A stretch of DNA of 64,000 nt from Candidatus Daviesbacteria bacterium RIFCSPLOWO2_01_FULL_39_23 (lineage in GTDB: Bacteria; Patescibacteriota; Microgenomatia; Daviesbacterales; UBA10151). The DNA is taken from positions 1,464 to 65,463 of the forward strand of contig MFDN01000014.1 in NCBI GenBank assembly GCA_001776935.1, in the 5' to 3' direction. The position numbers were made by a program, and so were the translations under genes. Under the pieces are notes generated by a model, which saw nothing but the letters and a program-made list of their open reading frames with translations, had not been told where the DNA came from and did no database searches. The stretch's first letter is position 1, and every line of letters starts with the position of its first letter. Shown here piece by piece: positions 1-9,760 of this stretch.

Positions 1-49
1 CTTACACATTTGGCTTAAAAGATGCATAGGTATGCATAGCTGAAATTCT

Positions 50-2266
50 TTAATGGATAGAGAATCTTAAAATCCGGTTGGAGAATTTAGTCTCACCGAC
101 CCAAAGGAAAGATCCGTCAAAGGTAAGTGATGCTGGCCAGAAGAGCTTATTCCTACCAATTTCCTGTTTTGTGTCCTGCAGGTTTTCTTCGCCCAAAACA
201 ATATCTGCAGACTTTCCCGCTAAGGCATCCGAGATGTTTGTCCAAACCATCACCCTGCCGAAACCGACATCGGAAGCAATCAGATGATTGTCTCTCGTAA
301 CTACACTTCCCGGGCCGTTGAACCGGATGGGAGCATTTTGACTAATTTTATCGGCAGGAACCAAGGCAAGTTGGCTTGAGGTAGATAGTTTGTCAATTTC
401 CAATACTCCAATGGTTTCTTTACGGGCAACTATGCCCACTAAATATCTTCCGTCACTGTCCAATCGTCCAAGATCATCTATGGGAATAGAAAATATTGGT
501 CTTGAACCTTCATCAGGTACTCCCTCCCAAACATATAGCATAGCGGTTTTGAGGCCTTCTTTTATAGCAGATAGATAGAAATATTTATCATCTTGAGCGA
601 GCCCATTAACGCTGTCATATTCTACACTGCCGATTTTGCCATTAAAAATCTTATCCGGCATCTCACCGTTTATAGGCAGTTTTTTCCAATAACAGATTGT
701 TTTTCTGCCACCAATAAGCAAATTGCCGCCCCAAACTGAGTTGTCCACTGCATGACAGGTGTCGTTAAACGTATAGACAAAATCAGGATAAGCTCCGGAC
801 TCATCCGGCAAACTTTTCCAAACATACATTTTCCTATCAAAATCAGAAGTAGTAACCAAACTCTTACCGTCTGTCGCTAATATCGGATTAGCAACAATGT
901 AATTTGTCTCCAGGGTATTGGTATTAATATCCGGGCTACCAATGGCAAAATCTGGGAAGTCAGTTTGACTAGTTGGAATTTTATTGTAAACAACAACTTT
1001 ATTACCATTACCCATACCTATATAAATGCGGCCATCACCAAAAGCTAAGCCTGAGCTGTCACCTGTTACAAATTGATACCCTGCACCTGTAGTAAAAGGT
1101 CCCATATTGGCAACCCCGATTGTTAAATCGGCTTTGTCTTCTCCTGTTTCCGGTGGTTTGTTCCAGATCATCAAAGGTGATAAAGGTCCAACCAATGCCA
1201 GTTTTCCATCAGGCAAAAATACTCCGGACTGCCAGTCATTCATAACAAAATCATGAGGCACATCTCCATTCGGCCAGTTTTTCCAGACAAAAGTGGCTGC
1301 TCCACCGCCTTCCTTAGACATTTCCTTAGTGGAAACTTTAGCATTATGGTCGGAAACAAACAAATATTTACCGTTTGAGGTAATTGTCCGCGGGGTGCCA
1401 AAATCCTTGTCTCTTAAGATGACATCCGGCTTTTGGTCGGCGTTTGCGGGAAAGGTATTCCAAAGATAGACAGTTCCGGCGCCATGCGTACTGGTTATTG
1501 CCAATTTTTCTCCATCAGTCCAAGCACCCCACGGCCAAATAAGGGAGATTCCACGCTCCTCACCGGGAGAGTTTTTAGTCTCAATGGTAAAATCTGCTGC
1601 CTTGGCATTAGATGTGGGGAAAGAATTCCAGATGAGAATTCGGGCGTTGTTGGTATCGGCTACCACCACCTTATCTTTAGCTATTGAAACACTTATTGGC
1701 CAATTCAGCTGGTCAAGACCTGTCCCTGGATTATTACTTATGAAATCTTTTTGCCCCAAAACAAGATCAGGAGGAGTATTGCCATTGGTTGGTAATTTAT
1801 TCCATATCAAGATCCGGTTATTCCATGTATCGGCAAGCAAAAGCCTCTTTCCATCAGTGGCAATACCGCCGGGATGGTGAAATGAGAGAGCTCCACCTGT
1901 ATTGTTAAAATCTACTCCGGAAAGCATAATATCCGCATCCTGTCCAGTTTTAAACCAACCGTTTGTTGGTTTTTGGGAAACAGTTTTATATTTTGACCCA
2001 GTAGCCTTAACGTTAATTTCACCAGGGCGTTTGGCTTGCTGGAATTGCGGTTCCCCTCTGCTATTTTGGGCAAGCTCAGGCACTACATTGTTTTTCAGGT
2101 ATAAAACCACACCACCCGTCAGTAAAATAAGGACTACCAAGGATACAGCTAGGGAGATTTTGACCAATTTGGCGTTTTCAAGCAAAGAGCCTACATTCTG
2201 TAACCTTTTTATTACTTTTGCAATCCCGTCTACCCTTTTAATTTCGTTTTCAGAAGAAAAATTCAT
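50..2266 (-). CDS. Membrane-anchored NHL-repeat / beta-propeller surface protein
   Basis: 738-aa ORF with an N-terminal hydrophobic anchor (ISLAVSLVVLILLTGGVVLYL) and repeated blades such as GIATDGKRLLLADTWNNRILIWN, VVVADTNNARILIWN and ADIVLG/PDLVLGQ. Confidence 0.7.
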   Translation of the reverse strand: MNFSSENEIKRVDGIAKVIKRLQNVGSLLENAKLVKISLAVSLVVLILLTGGVVLYLKNNVVPELAQNSRGEPQFQQAKRPGEINVKATGSKYKTVSQKPTNGWFKTGQDADIMLSGVDFNNTGGALSFHHPGGIATDGKRLLLADTWNNRILIWNKLPTNGNTPPDLVLGQKDFISNNPGTGLDQLNWPISVSIAKDKVVVADTNNARILIWNSFPTSNAKAADFTIETKNSPGEERGISLIWPWGAWTDGEKLAITSTHGAGTVYLWNTFPANADQKPDVILRDKDFGTPRTITSNGKYLFVSDHNAKVSTKEMSKEGGGAATFVWKNWPNGDVPHDFVMNDWQSGVFLPDGKLALVGPLSPLMIWNKPPETGEDKADLTIGVANMGPFTTGAGYQFVTGDSSGLAFGDGRIYIGMGNGNKVVVYNKIPTSQTDFPDFAIGSPDINTNTLETNYIVANPILATDGKSLVTTSDFDRKMYVWKSLPDESGAYPDFVYTFNDTCHAVDNSVWGGNLLIGGRKTICYWKKLPINGEMPDKIFNGKIGSVEYDSVNGLAQDDKYFYLSAIKEGLKTAMLYVWEGVPDEGSRPIFSIPIDDLGRLDSDGRYLVGIVARKETIGVLEIDKLSTSSQLALVPADKISQNAPIRFNGPGSVVTRDNHLIASDVGFGRVMVWTNISDALAGKSADIVLGEENLQDTKQEIGRNKLFWPASLTFDGSFLWVGETKFSNRILRFSIH

Positions 2267-2284
2267 AATTTAATCATAATCTAA

Positions 2285-3391
2285 TCAGGGAATTTTTGTA
2301 ACATAAACCATCAGGTAACTTCCATCCGAAAGACGGGCTACTGCCGGGTCTTTGAGAACACCGGTTTCCAGTTGTGATGAAGGATCCAAAGTCAGTCGTA
2401 CTCCATCTTCGGCAGTCCAATTTTCCCCATCTGTTGAGAAAAACGAAACAATAGTTCTGTTATCAAAAGCATAAGCCCTGTATCCTCCAGGAATAGCTAT
2501 AGCATTGGTAAATATATATCCCTTGCCGTCCTTAACAAATTCTTTATATTCTTGTTGAGTAAAAGTTTTCCCGTCTTCTGAGGTCGCATGCCAGCCCTTT
2601 TCTATCCCACCGCCACCTACTCCTGCAAAAAAATGCCAGCCAGACGGGGTTCGCAGAGTAGAAGGATCCAGTACGAACCTGCCTGAACCAGAAAATGCCA
2701 CTCCCATTTTGGTAAAGTTAATACCATCCTTCCCTTCGGCATAGTAAGTTCTGGGTCCTTGTCCATCTTCGGGGTCGGATGTCACATACAGCCTAAAGGT
2801 ACCATCATCCAGTATTTGAATATCCGGATCAACTGCAGCAGCCATTCCCCCTTCAAATCCTATCAAACCAAGTTTTTTGTAAATCCAGGTTTTACCATTA
2901 TCTTCCGATATGGCCACTACTGTTTTGTTCTGCTCACCGGCTACAGTCCAACCAACATAATAAAGATAAATTTTACCGTTTTTATCAACAGCTAAATCAG
3001 GAACATCCCCCTGGTCAGTAATAACCTGATTGGTCCTGGTAAAATTCAACCCATCTGTGGATTTGGCAGACATAAGGCGCATTACCCATGGCCCATTTTG
3101 CCCTGGTCCGGTAGTTTTACCGGTCGGTGGCGTAAAGTCAACGGATTTTTGCTCAAATTGTTGTCTACTGTCTTGTTGATTGGTTGTTTGTTGAAAAGAC
3201 TGCTTCTTTTGCGAATACTGCTCTTGAGTTAATGGACCTTGTACTAAGCGTGATGTTTCCTGTTTAAAATACATGAAGATTACACCAAAAAGTAGAACAA
3301 GGATAAATAGTGATACAAACAAGCATATTTTTACCCACTTGTCATTATGAAGTAACAGTGTTACTTTATTTAGAATTGATTCTATAATCAT
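2285..3391 (-). CDS. Membrane-anchored five-bladed beta-propeller, GH43/GH32-like or Asp-box glycosidase-like protein
   Basis: TM anchor, Gln-rich stalk, repeated SxDGxxF/W Asp-box motifs (STDGLNF, SEDNGKTW, SEDGKTF, STDGENW) and DP motifs (VDPD, LDPS, KDPA). Confidence 0.6.
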   Translation of the reverse strand: MIIESILNKVTLLLHNDKWVKICLFVSLFILVLLFGVIFMYFKQETSRLVQGPLTQEQYSQKKQSFQQTTNQQDSRQQFEQKSVDFTPPTGKTTGPGQNGPWVMRLMSAKSTDGLNFTRTNQVITDQGDVPDLAVDKNGKIYLYYVGWTVAGEQNKTVVAISEDNGKTWIYKKLGLIGFEGGMAAAVDPDIQILDDGTFRLYVTSDPEDGQGPRTYYAEGKDGINFTKMGVAFSGSGRFVLDPSTLRTPSGWHFFAGVGGGGIEKGWHATSEDGKTFTQQEYKEFVKDGKGYIFTNAIAIPGGYRAYAFDNRTIVSFFSTDGENWTAEDGVRLTLDPSSQLETGVLKDPAVARLSDGSYLMVYVTKIP

Positions 3392-3393
3392 TC

Positions 3394-3654
3394 CTATTGT
3401 TGTCCACTAGGGACTGGGCCACCTCTGTCTGGCCCTTGCGGTTTTTGTTGTAATCCACTTGGTAATGGTTGTTGACCGCCATTTAGTTGTTGCCCGTCCC
3501 TCAGCCCATCTTGAGTTTGTATTCCTGAGGGCTGGTCTGGAATTTTGGGAGCAGTTATTCTTCCTAAGTAAAAACCTGCTCCTCCAGCAATTAATAATCC
3601 AATCAGTATCCAGGTTAAGATTAATGCTTTAGCTGCTTTTGACAAATCATTCAC
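3394..3654 (-). CDS. Small single-TM protein with Gln/Pro/Gly-rich tail
   Basis: GTG start, hydrophobic helix ILTWILIGLLIAGGAGFYLG, low-complexity C-terminus; tightly packed in the operon. Confidence 0.6.
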   Translation of the reverse strand: MNDLSKAAKALILTWILIGLLIAGGAGFYLGRITAPKIPDQPSGIQTQDGLRDGQQLNGGQQPLPSGLQQKPQGPDRGGPVPSGQQ

Positions 3655-3699
3655 CCCCTAACATAACTTTCCGAAAGAACTTTTCATGCTTATTATTGT

Positions 3700-4548
3700 T
3701 CAATTAGTATTTTGTTCTTTCTTTCCGGCATTTTTCATTCTATCGTAAGTTCCCATATACACATATCCACTATATTTAGGGTCTTGAAAATCAATTTGAC
3801 TGTAATCAAAATACGGCCCATTACCCTGAAATTTACAGGGGTTTGCAGCCCGATATGAAAGAGGAATGATAAAATCCTCCCTACTTTCAAGTCCTGGAAT
3901 GGCAGCTTTGTACTCGGCAAAAACCTCATCAGACATGTAAAGGAACATTGAATACATATTCTTTAATGGCTCGCCGTTATTAGCCTTATTTTCGGGCGGC
4001 AAAGCCATGACGCCTATCCTAACATCCAGACTTATATTTGTCGCGTCCGGATAAAACTCATTGGGATCATCAAAACCCACCAGATCGCCTGCTTTTACAG
4101 CAACTGTTCCGTTGTACTGAGGCAACGCTTTGACGTGAGCGAGGTTTATCCTGAATTGGTTAAACGGCCACCAGGGAAGCCTGCTTGATTTGGGCACAAA
4201 TGAAAAGCCCTGAAAATTTAGTGAATTGGTGATGTAGCCATCAAACGGGGCAAAAACTTTCACCTGACCCTGACTCTCAGTCTTAAACTTTGCGTTTGTC
4301 ATTATGTAATGGGCCATACTACTGTCAGGTTCTTTAGTGCTCTGGGACATAGACCGGTGCCCTTGGCAGCTTCTAAACTGACTGAAGGCAATTGTTTGAT
4401 TTAAATCAAACATGTTACGGACAATCAAAAAATCAGCAGGTGGTTTTTCCGGAGCGAATTGGCTAATACCAAAGATGAAAAAAATAAGAACAAAGGGAGA
4501 AACGCAAATCAGAAGTAGTTTCTTCCAATGTCTCTTAATAAAATCCAT
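3700..4548 (-). CDS. Membrane-anchored hypothetical protein, possible degenerate M23-peptidase-like fold
   Basis: N-terminal TM; segments FRSCQGH, MAHY, VFAPFDGYI, LAHV and VKAGDLVG resemble the M23 beta-sandwich pattern (inference). Confidence 0.45.
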   Translation of the reverse strand: MDFIKRHWKKLLLICVSPFVLIFFIFGISQFAPEKPPADFLIVRNMFDLNQTIAFSQFRSCQGHRSMSQSTKEPDSSMAHYIMTNAKFKTESQGQVKVFAPFDGYITNSLNFQGFSFVPKSSRLPWWPFNQFRINLAHVKALPQYNGTVAVKAGDLVGFDDPNEFYPDATNISLDVRIGVMALPPENKANNGEPLKNMYSMFLYMSDEVFAEYKAAIPGLESREDFIIPLSYRAANPCKFQGNGPYFDYSQIDFQDPKYSGYVYMGTYDRMKNAGKKEQNTN

Positions 4549-4621
4549 ATTTACTCTCTATATATACTATAACAAATTTTCATACTGGTAATGACTAAAA
4601 TATATGTAAATCCTTATTGTC

Positions 4622-5347
4622 TCATGGCTGTTTAGCTCCCTCTAATGCCCCTGGACAATTTTTTTCAACCCAATTCTGCACTTCAGCGGATACCGGCCAG
4701 ATTTTTCCATCCCAGTAAGCGGTTGTCTGTTTGTCTTTTTCGACAATCAAGCGCTCAGGACAAGTATTTAGAGGTAATCCTGAATCTAGTGATTGACTCT
4801 GACTGGTTACTGGCCGCCATGGCCACAAGCCTCGTATCACCATCGTGTAATAAATAAAAATAAGGCCTGCGGCTATCAGAAGTAAAATGATAAGTAACGA
4901 GACCAGAATTCCACGTAATGCCCACTTCGATCTAATTTTTTGGAAAATAAGGTACGGTAAAACCAGAACCAGAAAGTAGATGATCACAAGCTGAAAGATT
5001 GTCCCGAACGAAATGGTGTTGGAGACGCCTACTTCGCCTTCGGGGTGCCAATATACCCACCTTTCCAAAATAAACGCCAAGACAAAGGCAAAAAAAGCGA
5101 CAATTCGCCAATTTAATAAGCGGTACAAAAACCAAAAAATCGATCCTAAAACGGTGTAAATGACCAGTATTAACCCGAAATCCGGCCAAGATTTAATGAT
5201 CGGCTCTTTTGCTCCGTAAGTGCCGAACACCCCACCAAAAATTGCAATGACCAGCGGTAGAACCTCGCCAATGAATACTGAAGATAGCATTAAAAACGGA
5301 ATAAAGGTCAGGGGTAAAATTTTATCGCCACGCCAGATCATATTCAT
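4622..5347 (-). CDS. Multi-pass membrane protein with small extracellular C-terminal Cys-pair domain
   Basis: About 5 hydrophobic segments; C-terminal TCPERL...WVEKNCP; start overlaps the stop of the upstream gene. Confidence 0.6.
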   Translation of the reverse strand: MNMIWRGDKILPLTFIPFLMLSSVFIGEVLPLVIAIFGGVFGTYGAKEPIIKSWPDFGLILVIYTVLGSIFWFLYRLLNWRIVAFFAFVLAFILERWVYWHPEGEVGVSNTISFGTIFQLVIIYFLVLVLPYLIFQKIRSKWALRGILVSLLIILLLIAAGLIFIYYTMVIRGLWPWRPVTSQSQSLDSGLPLNTCPERLIVEKDKQTTAYWDGKIWPVSAEVQNWVEKNCPGALEGAKQP

Positions 5348-6330
5348 TCTTTTTGATTAGCATAATAGATACCTTTGGTGTGTTGCCCATAGTACATAAA
5401 CCATGTGCCGTTTATTTTTGCGAGCGTTGGATCGGCAGGTGGGTTAGGTGGAAATTTGGTCATTGGGTTTTTGTTATTCGTAAAGTCGAAAACCGGTTGG
5501 GAAAAAGAACCATCTTTGTAAATCATATAGAAAACCCCGGCATAGCTCCAAAAGTAAACTCTAAGCTCCACTTGTCCTGAGGAATCCCATTTTACCCACT
5601 CTGCACCATCAGCCGCCCCAAGTAATGTCTCATTTCTTGAATCAATTGCCAACCCTTTCTTTTCAAATGTTAATCCGTCTTTGGAAGTAGCCCAAAAATA
5701 TACATGTGTGTCTTTGTTGGGAAGTTTTTCGCTGGTCTTATAAGGTTCATTAATTGTGCCGCGATAAAGCATAATGTAATTATCATCATCTAATCGAATG
5801 GTTCCTTGAGCACCTACATTTTCTAAATTAAATCCTGGCTCATTCTTATCAATTCTTACACCTGGTTCATCAGTCCAATTTAATCCGTCAGTTGAAATAG
5901 CACTTTTTATAACACCTGCATTTTGAAAATACATTCGCCATCGGCCATCAGGCAACTTAACAATGTCTGGAAAAGTAGCGAAAGTCTTTCTAATTCCGCT
6001 TTCTTTTTCCCAATTTATCCCGTCTTTTGAAACAGATGAATATACTTCCAACTTATTTCCGGGAACTTCAGGCTCAACAGAATAATATATTCGATATTGA
6101 CCGTTTTCAAGATCAACTACCTCGGCATCAGCATATCGACCTGCAATTATTATTCCTTTTTCTTGCCATTTAGACCCTACTTGTTTTACTTGTTCTGATT
6201 TTTGGTTTTGAAGACTTGGGGTTTGGACATCGCTTTTGGTTTTCAAAAACCGAAAAGAAGCAATAATTGCTATTATCACAATCACTGCAACCAAAATTAT
6301 TATGAGGGGAGCAGAACCTTTTTCTTTCAC
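5344..6330 (-). CDS. Membrane-anchored beta-propeller (GH43-like/Asp-box) protein with pilin-like N-terminus
   Basis: GTG start 6 nt after TATACT; MKEKG/SAPLIIILVAVIVIIAII; repeats SKDGINW, STDGLNW, SKDGLTF; paralogous in pattern to 2285..3391. Confidence 0.6.
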   Translation of the reverse strand: MKEKGSAPLIIILVAVIVIIAIIASFRFLKTKSDVQTPSLQNQKSEQVKQVGSKWQEKGIIIAGRYADAEVVDLENGQYRIYYSVEPEVPGNKLEVYSSVSKDGINWEKESGIRKTFATFPDIVKLPDGRWRMYFQNAGVIKSAISTDGLNWTDEPGVRIDKNEPGFNLENVGAQGTIRLDDDNYIMLYRGTINEPYKTSEKLPNKDTHVYFWATSKDGLTFEKKGLAIDSRNETLLGAADGAEWVKWDSSGQVELRVYFWSYAGVFYMIYKDGSFSQPVFDFTNNKNPMTKFPPNPPADPTLAKINGTWFMYYGQHTKGIYYANQKE

Positions 6331-6366
6331 AACTTTAGTATAGCACTTTGATTTATACCTTATCTA

Positions 6367-6507
6367 ATGTTGCATGAGGAAGGAGATGATGAGGATTTGA
6401 AGAAGATACAAGTATTTGTTTACCAGTTATGTTGTGGAATCATGCAACACTTTTATGGGGACAATTGGGAAGTGGATTTTGACGAACTGGATTTGAAAAA
6501 TGAATAA
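6367..6507 (+). CDS. Small acidic hypothetical protein (46 aa)
   Basis: Manual translation MLHEEGDDEDLKKIQVFVYQLCCGIMQHFYGDNWEVDFDELDLKNE*; below the ORF-track cut-off. Confidence 0.35.
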   Translation: MLHEEGDDEDLKKIQVFVYQLCCGIMQHFYGDNWEVDFDELDLKNE

Positions 6508-6550
6508 GTTCTTGCTTCGCAATAAAGAAGACTGATTTGACAATCTAATC

Positions 6551-6575
6551 ATGAGTTCGAATCTCGCTGGGGTTG
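6551..6575 (+). other. tRNA 3'-end-like fragment (possible att-site remnant)
   Basis: ATGAG-TTCGAAT-CTCGC T-arm-like hairpin followed by TGGGGTTG; no matching 5' half found. Confidence 0.35.
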
Positions 6576-6651
6576 TATGTTTTAAGACTATTTTAAACTA
6601 ATTTTCCTGACAATTTCGAGGCTAAAAGCCTTTAAAAACACAAATATCATT

Positions 6652-6726
<75 letters not shown>

Positions 6727-6765
6727 GCTCGCCATCGCTACGCTCAGGCGTTAGCGGGCGAGCCC
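6727..6765. repeat. REP-like hairpin abutting the tRNA-Lys 5' end
   Basis: GCTCGCC-AT-CGCTA...TAGCG-GGCGAGC inverted repeat; core CGCTCAGG shared with the element at 29271-29313. Confidence 0.55.
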
Positions 6766-6798
6766 ATCTAACTTGCGTATGATGACTAATCGGATAAT

Positions 6799-7041
6799 CT
6801 ATATTCTATCTTTCAAAAACTTTCTTCCAAATCCAGTTTTAAAATACTTTTCCCTCTTAATAGCTTTTTCTTTTGAAATACCGCCTTCAAAATAAACTAT
6901 TTCTAAAGGTCGCCTATTCTTAGTTGACAATACACCACCATCATTATGTAATTTTACTCTTTCTCCCAGATTAGATGTAAAGCCTACATAATACTTTCCA
7001 TCTTTTTTACTCTGTAACACATAAGTGTAATAAAATTCCAT
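6799..7041 (-). CDS. Stand-alone small GIY-YIG nuclease family protein
   Basis: YTYVLQS...YYVGFTSNLGERVKLHN...STKNRRP...AIKREKYFK pattern of short GIY-YIG proteins. Confidence 0.9.
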   Translation of the reverse strand: MEFYYTYVLQSKKDGKYYVGFTSNLGERVKLHNDGGVLSTKNRRPLEIVYFEGGISKEKAIKREKYFKTGFGRKFLKDRI

Positions 7042-7162
7042 AATACACTTATGCTTAATTATAGCCGTACACTATAATTGTCGCAAGCTCAAATTATACT
7101 TTAACTGGTGCATAATGTTCAACGATGCGATGATTAACGGGAAAAGTTGAATTTGCTGAAGA

Positions 7163-7648
7163 TTATCTTTGAATTTGAGCTGCTTTTTCTTTTCGGATTT
7201 TATTGATTGTATCTAATAGTATGTCTACATCAAATGGTTTTGCAAGGAAACGCTCGACTGCTATACCTTTGGTTTCGCAATAAGCTGAAGCTACTTCTGA
7301 GGGAATTAATGTCGTCGTAACAATTAAGGAGGGGCGATAAGTTTCATCATGTTGAAATTGTTCCCCAGCCATTTTCATAATATCCGGTCCCTTTCCTCCC
7401 AAAAGATTAAATTCAGCGATAAAAAGATCCGGACGAAAACCAGCAGCTAAAACTTTTCGTGCAATTCCAAAAGACGGTGTCCATATATGTTTTACAGTGG
7501 GTAAATCACTTTTATATGAACCATCTCTCGGAAGACCAATTCCCCGAATTAAAAATACACACATTTGTCCCATTGTGGCGTCAGCTTCTAAATGAAGAAT
7601 GTTAAAAGCGCTTTTTTGATTAATTACTTTTGTTTCAGGACATACCAT
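7163..7648 (-). CDS. Degenerate response-regulator receiver-like protein
   Basis: PDLFIAEFNLLGGKGPDIMK and FLAKPFDVDIL match REC motifs, with Glu where the phosphoacceptor Asp is expected. Confidence 0.55.
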   Translation of the reverse strand: MVCPETKVINQKSAFNILHLEADATMGQMCVFLIRGIGLPRDGSYKSDLPTVKHIWTPSFGIARKVLAAGFRPDLFIAEFNLLGGKGPDIMKMAGEQFQHDETYRPSLIVTTTLIPSEVASAYCETKGIAVERFLAKPFDVDILLDTINKIRKEKAAQIQR

Positions 7649-7735
7649 CTTTTAAGTTGGTTAGTAATCTGGTGAGATTATAATCTATATTATTCCATTT
7701 GACAACATCAAACGTACACTCTATTATACGAGCCT

Positions 7736-8983
7736 ATGATGGAATTAGAGCAGCGCCTTGCTACATTTAAAAAACTCCAAAAACTAGAGGCAGGCTTGGA
7801 CAAGATTGTCCGCCTGACAGAAAATATTGGAAGCACCCCCATTGTTTCTTCTTTAGATTTAAGTCGTTTTGACGAAAATAATCCTGCGCAAACTGAGGAT
7901 TTGCTAAAGACTGCCATTAAGGCCGGAATTGTGATAGAAAGATTAAATGTTAAGGCTAAACCAATCATAGAAGGAAAGATTAGAGAAATTAAAGGTGGAA
8001 CTGAAGGAAAAAGAATGAGTAGCTTGTTTGATGAAGCTGTTAATGCATTAAACCAAAGCAGCCTCGTTCCGGCAAGAATTGTTGGAAAGGCGGCAAGATC
8101 TGTATTAGTCTACAATACACCAAGAAATTCCAATGGGACTCCCGAGGAAAGGGTTTTTACTCAAGATGGTACTCTCACTAAAACAGAAGGAGCAATACTT
8201 GCAATAGCTATTGCAGAAGCTTCACTGAAACCTGAAGCAAAAAAAATATTTACCTTAGACAGCAAGTTTTCTGGATTTTTTGGTAAATTATGCAGTTCCC
8301 TGCCTCAAAAAGGGTCCGGCGAAATGAGCGTCTCCTCTTATAATGAAGCTAAAAGGGGTATTTTAAATAAGGCTGCTTTAATGGTGGCAGATCCGCAAAA
8401 TAATCATGTAGCACGTGAGGTTAAGTTGTTGTTTGATTGGATAAATAGTTGTACGGACCAAAAGGATGTTTTTTATGAAGCTATATTAGCAGTGGATGAT
8501 TGTTCAGATGCAACTGCCGTAATAGACTTAAGAAGTAAATTTCGGAGTGTTATGCAAGCTCGGTTTGATGAAAAATTCGCGAGAGATTTAGTAGAAGTAA
8601 CCAGAGAGGGAGAAGAAGAATTAAAAAAACATAAAGAATTGGAGGAGGCAAGGAAATTAAAGGAAGCCAAAAGACTAGCAGAAGCCGAAATAAAAAAGCA
8701 ACAAGAGAAAGATAGAAATCAACTGGCAGCAAAGATGGAAAAAATATTGGTAGGTTTGTGGTCAAGAGAGGCTCCTTACATAGAAATGTTAAATGAGGCA
8801 GTAGCAATAACACCTGGATTAGAGGGGAAAAAGAGGCTAGGATTAGTTGAAAAGGCCCTTGCAATAGCTAATTTAGAGCACAGACAAGCAACAGAGTTGA
8901 ACTTTACTGAAGAAGAGATGAAAGTGGTAAAGGATGTTGCTTCAGATATTTATATGAAAAGGATTAAAGAACCTAAAAAATAA
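7736..8983 (+). CDS. Hypothetical helical/coiled-coil orphan protein
   Basis: 415-aa ORF with a charged coiled-coil segment (EELKKHKELEEARKLKEAKRLAEAE); no recognised motif. Confidence 0.7.
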   Translation: MMELEQRLATFKKLQKLEAGLDKIVRLTENIGSTPIVSSLDLSRFDENNPAQTEDLLKTAIKAGIVIERLNVKAKPIIEGKIREIKGGTEGKRMSSLFDEAVNALNQSSLVPARIVGKAARSVLVYNTPRNSNGTPEERVFTQDGTLTKTEGAILAIAIAEASLKPEAKKIFTLDSKFSGFFGKLCSSLPQKGSGEMSVSSYNEAKRGILNKAALMVADPQNNHVAREVKLLFDWINSCTDQKDVFYEAILAVDDCSDATAVIDLRSKFRSVMQARFDEKFARDLVEVTREGEEELKKHKELEEARKLKEAKRLAEAEIKKQQEKDRNQLAAKMEKILVGLWSREAPYIEMLNEAVAITPGLEGKKRLGLVEKALAIANLEHRQATELNFTEEEMKVVKDVASDIYMKRIKEPKK

Positions 8984-9048
8984 CAGCTTACTATCCTCTT
9001 ACTTTCCTCTTAATAATCCTATAACAAAAGTAACCTACAATATATATA

Positions 9049-9744
9049 ATGAAGTTTAATGAACTAATCTTAATATTCGGCATTATTGCCATACTCTTTT
9101 TTATGGCAGTTATTGCATATTTTATTATTCCTCACAAAACTGCCAATACAGTTGCTCCTGCTGCTACGCCGGCTTCAAGAGTTTTGGGCGAGACAGTGTC
9201 TGATTTAATTTTGTATACAAACGCAAAGCATAAAATTCAATTTGAATACCCAAAAATCCTTTTTATTGCTCTTGAAACAGAAGATGCTTTAAAGCTTACC
9301 GAGAAAGATTGCCGGGACTCAGAAGATATTTCCTGCGGAGCAGCTAATTCTTTTTTCTTTAGAGGGGAATTGGCGCGAGATTTACCGCTTGAAGATTGGA
9401 TAAAAGAAAATCTGTTTAAAAAAAGCAATTTCTTTCCCAGTCCTTCGGGTTCGGGAGTTGAGGGAATAGTTGACGGGGGAGAGTATTGCTACTCCCGGGC
9501 AAAGCAGGAGCCTGTTGGGGTAGCAGGCCAACAAGCAACTTCTTTTACTTTCAGCAAAGACCAGCTGGCTGAACCGGGAAAATGCGCTTTAAATAAAAGT
9601 TTTAACCTTCTGGATCCGGATGTGAGCGAGGAAATATACTTTAAACACGGCTCTTCTATTATCAGGTTTGAACTAAATTATTCAAAAGATTCGGGTTTGG
9701 ATAAAATATTTCATCAGATTTTAACAACCGCAAAAGCAAATTAA
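9049..9744 (+). CDS. N-terminally anchored extracytoplasmic protein (PsbP-like pattern)
   Basis: TM helix, then YTNAKHKIQFEYP and C-terminal FHQILTT, typical of CPR PsbP-like surface proteins (inference). Confidence 0.55.
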   Translation: MKFNELILIFGIIAILFFMAVIAYFIIPHKTANTVAPAATPASRVLGETVSDLILYTNAKHKIQFEYPKILFIALETEDALKLTEKDCRDSEDISCGAANSFFFRGELARDLPLEDWIKENLFKKSNFFPSPSGSGVEGIVDGGEYCYSRAKQEPVGVAGQQATSFTFSKDQLAEPGKCALNKSFNLLDPDVSEEIYFKHGSSIIRFELNYSKDSGLDKIFHQILTTAKAN

Positions 9745-9760
9745 GTTATATAATTGAAAT

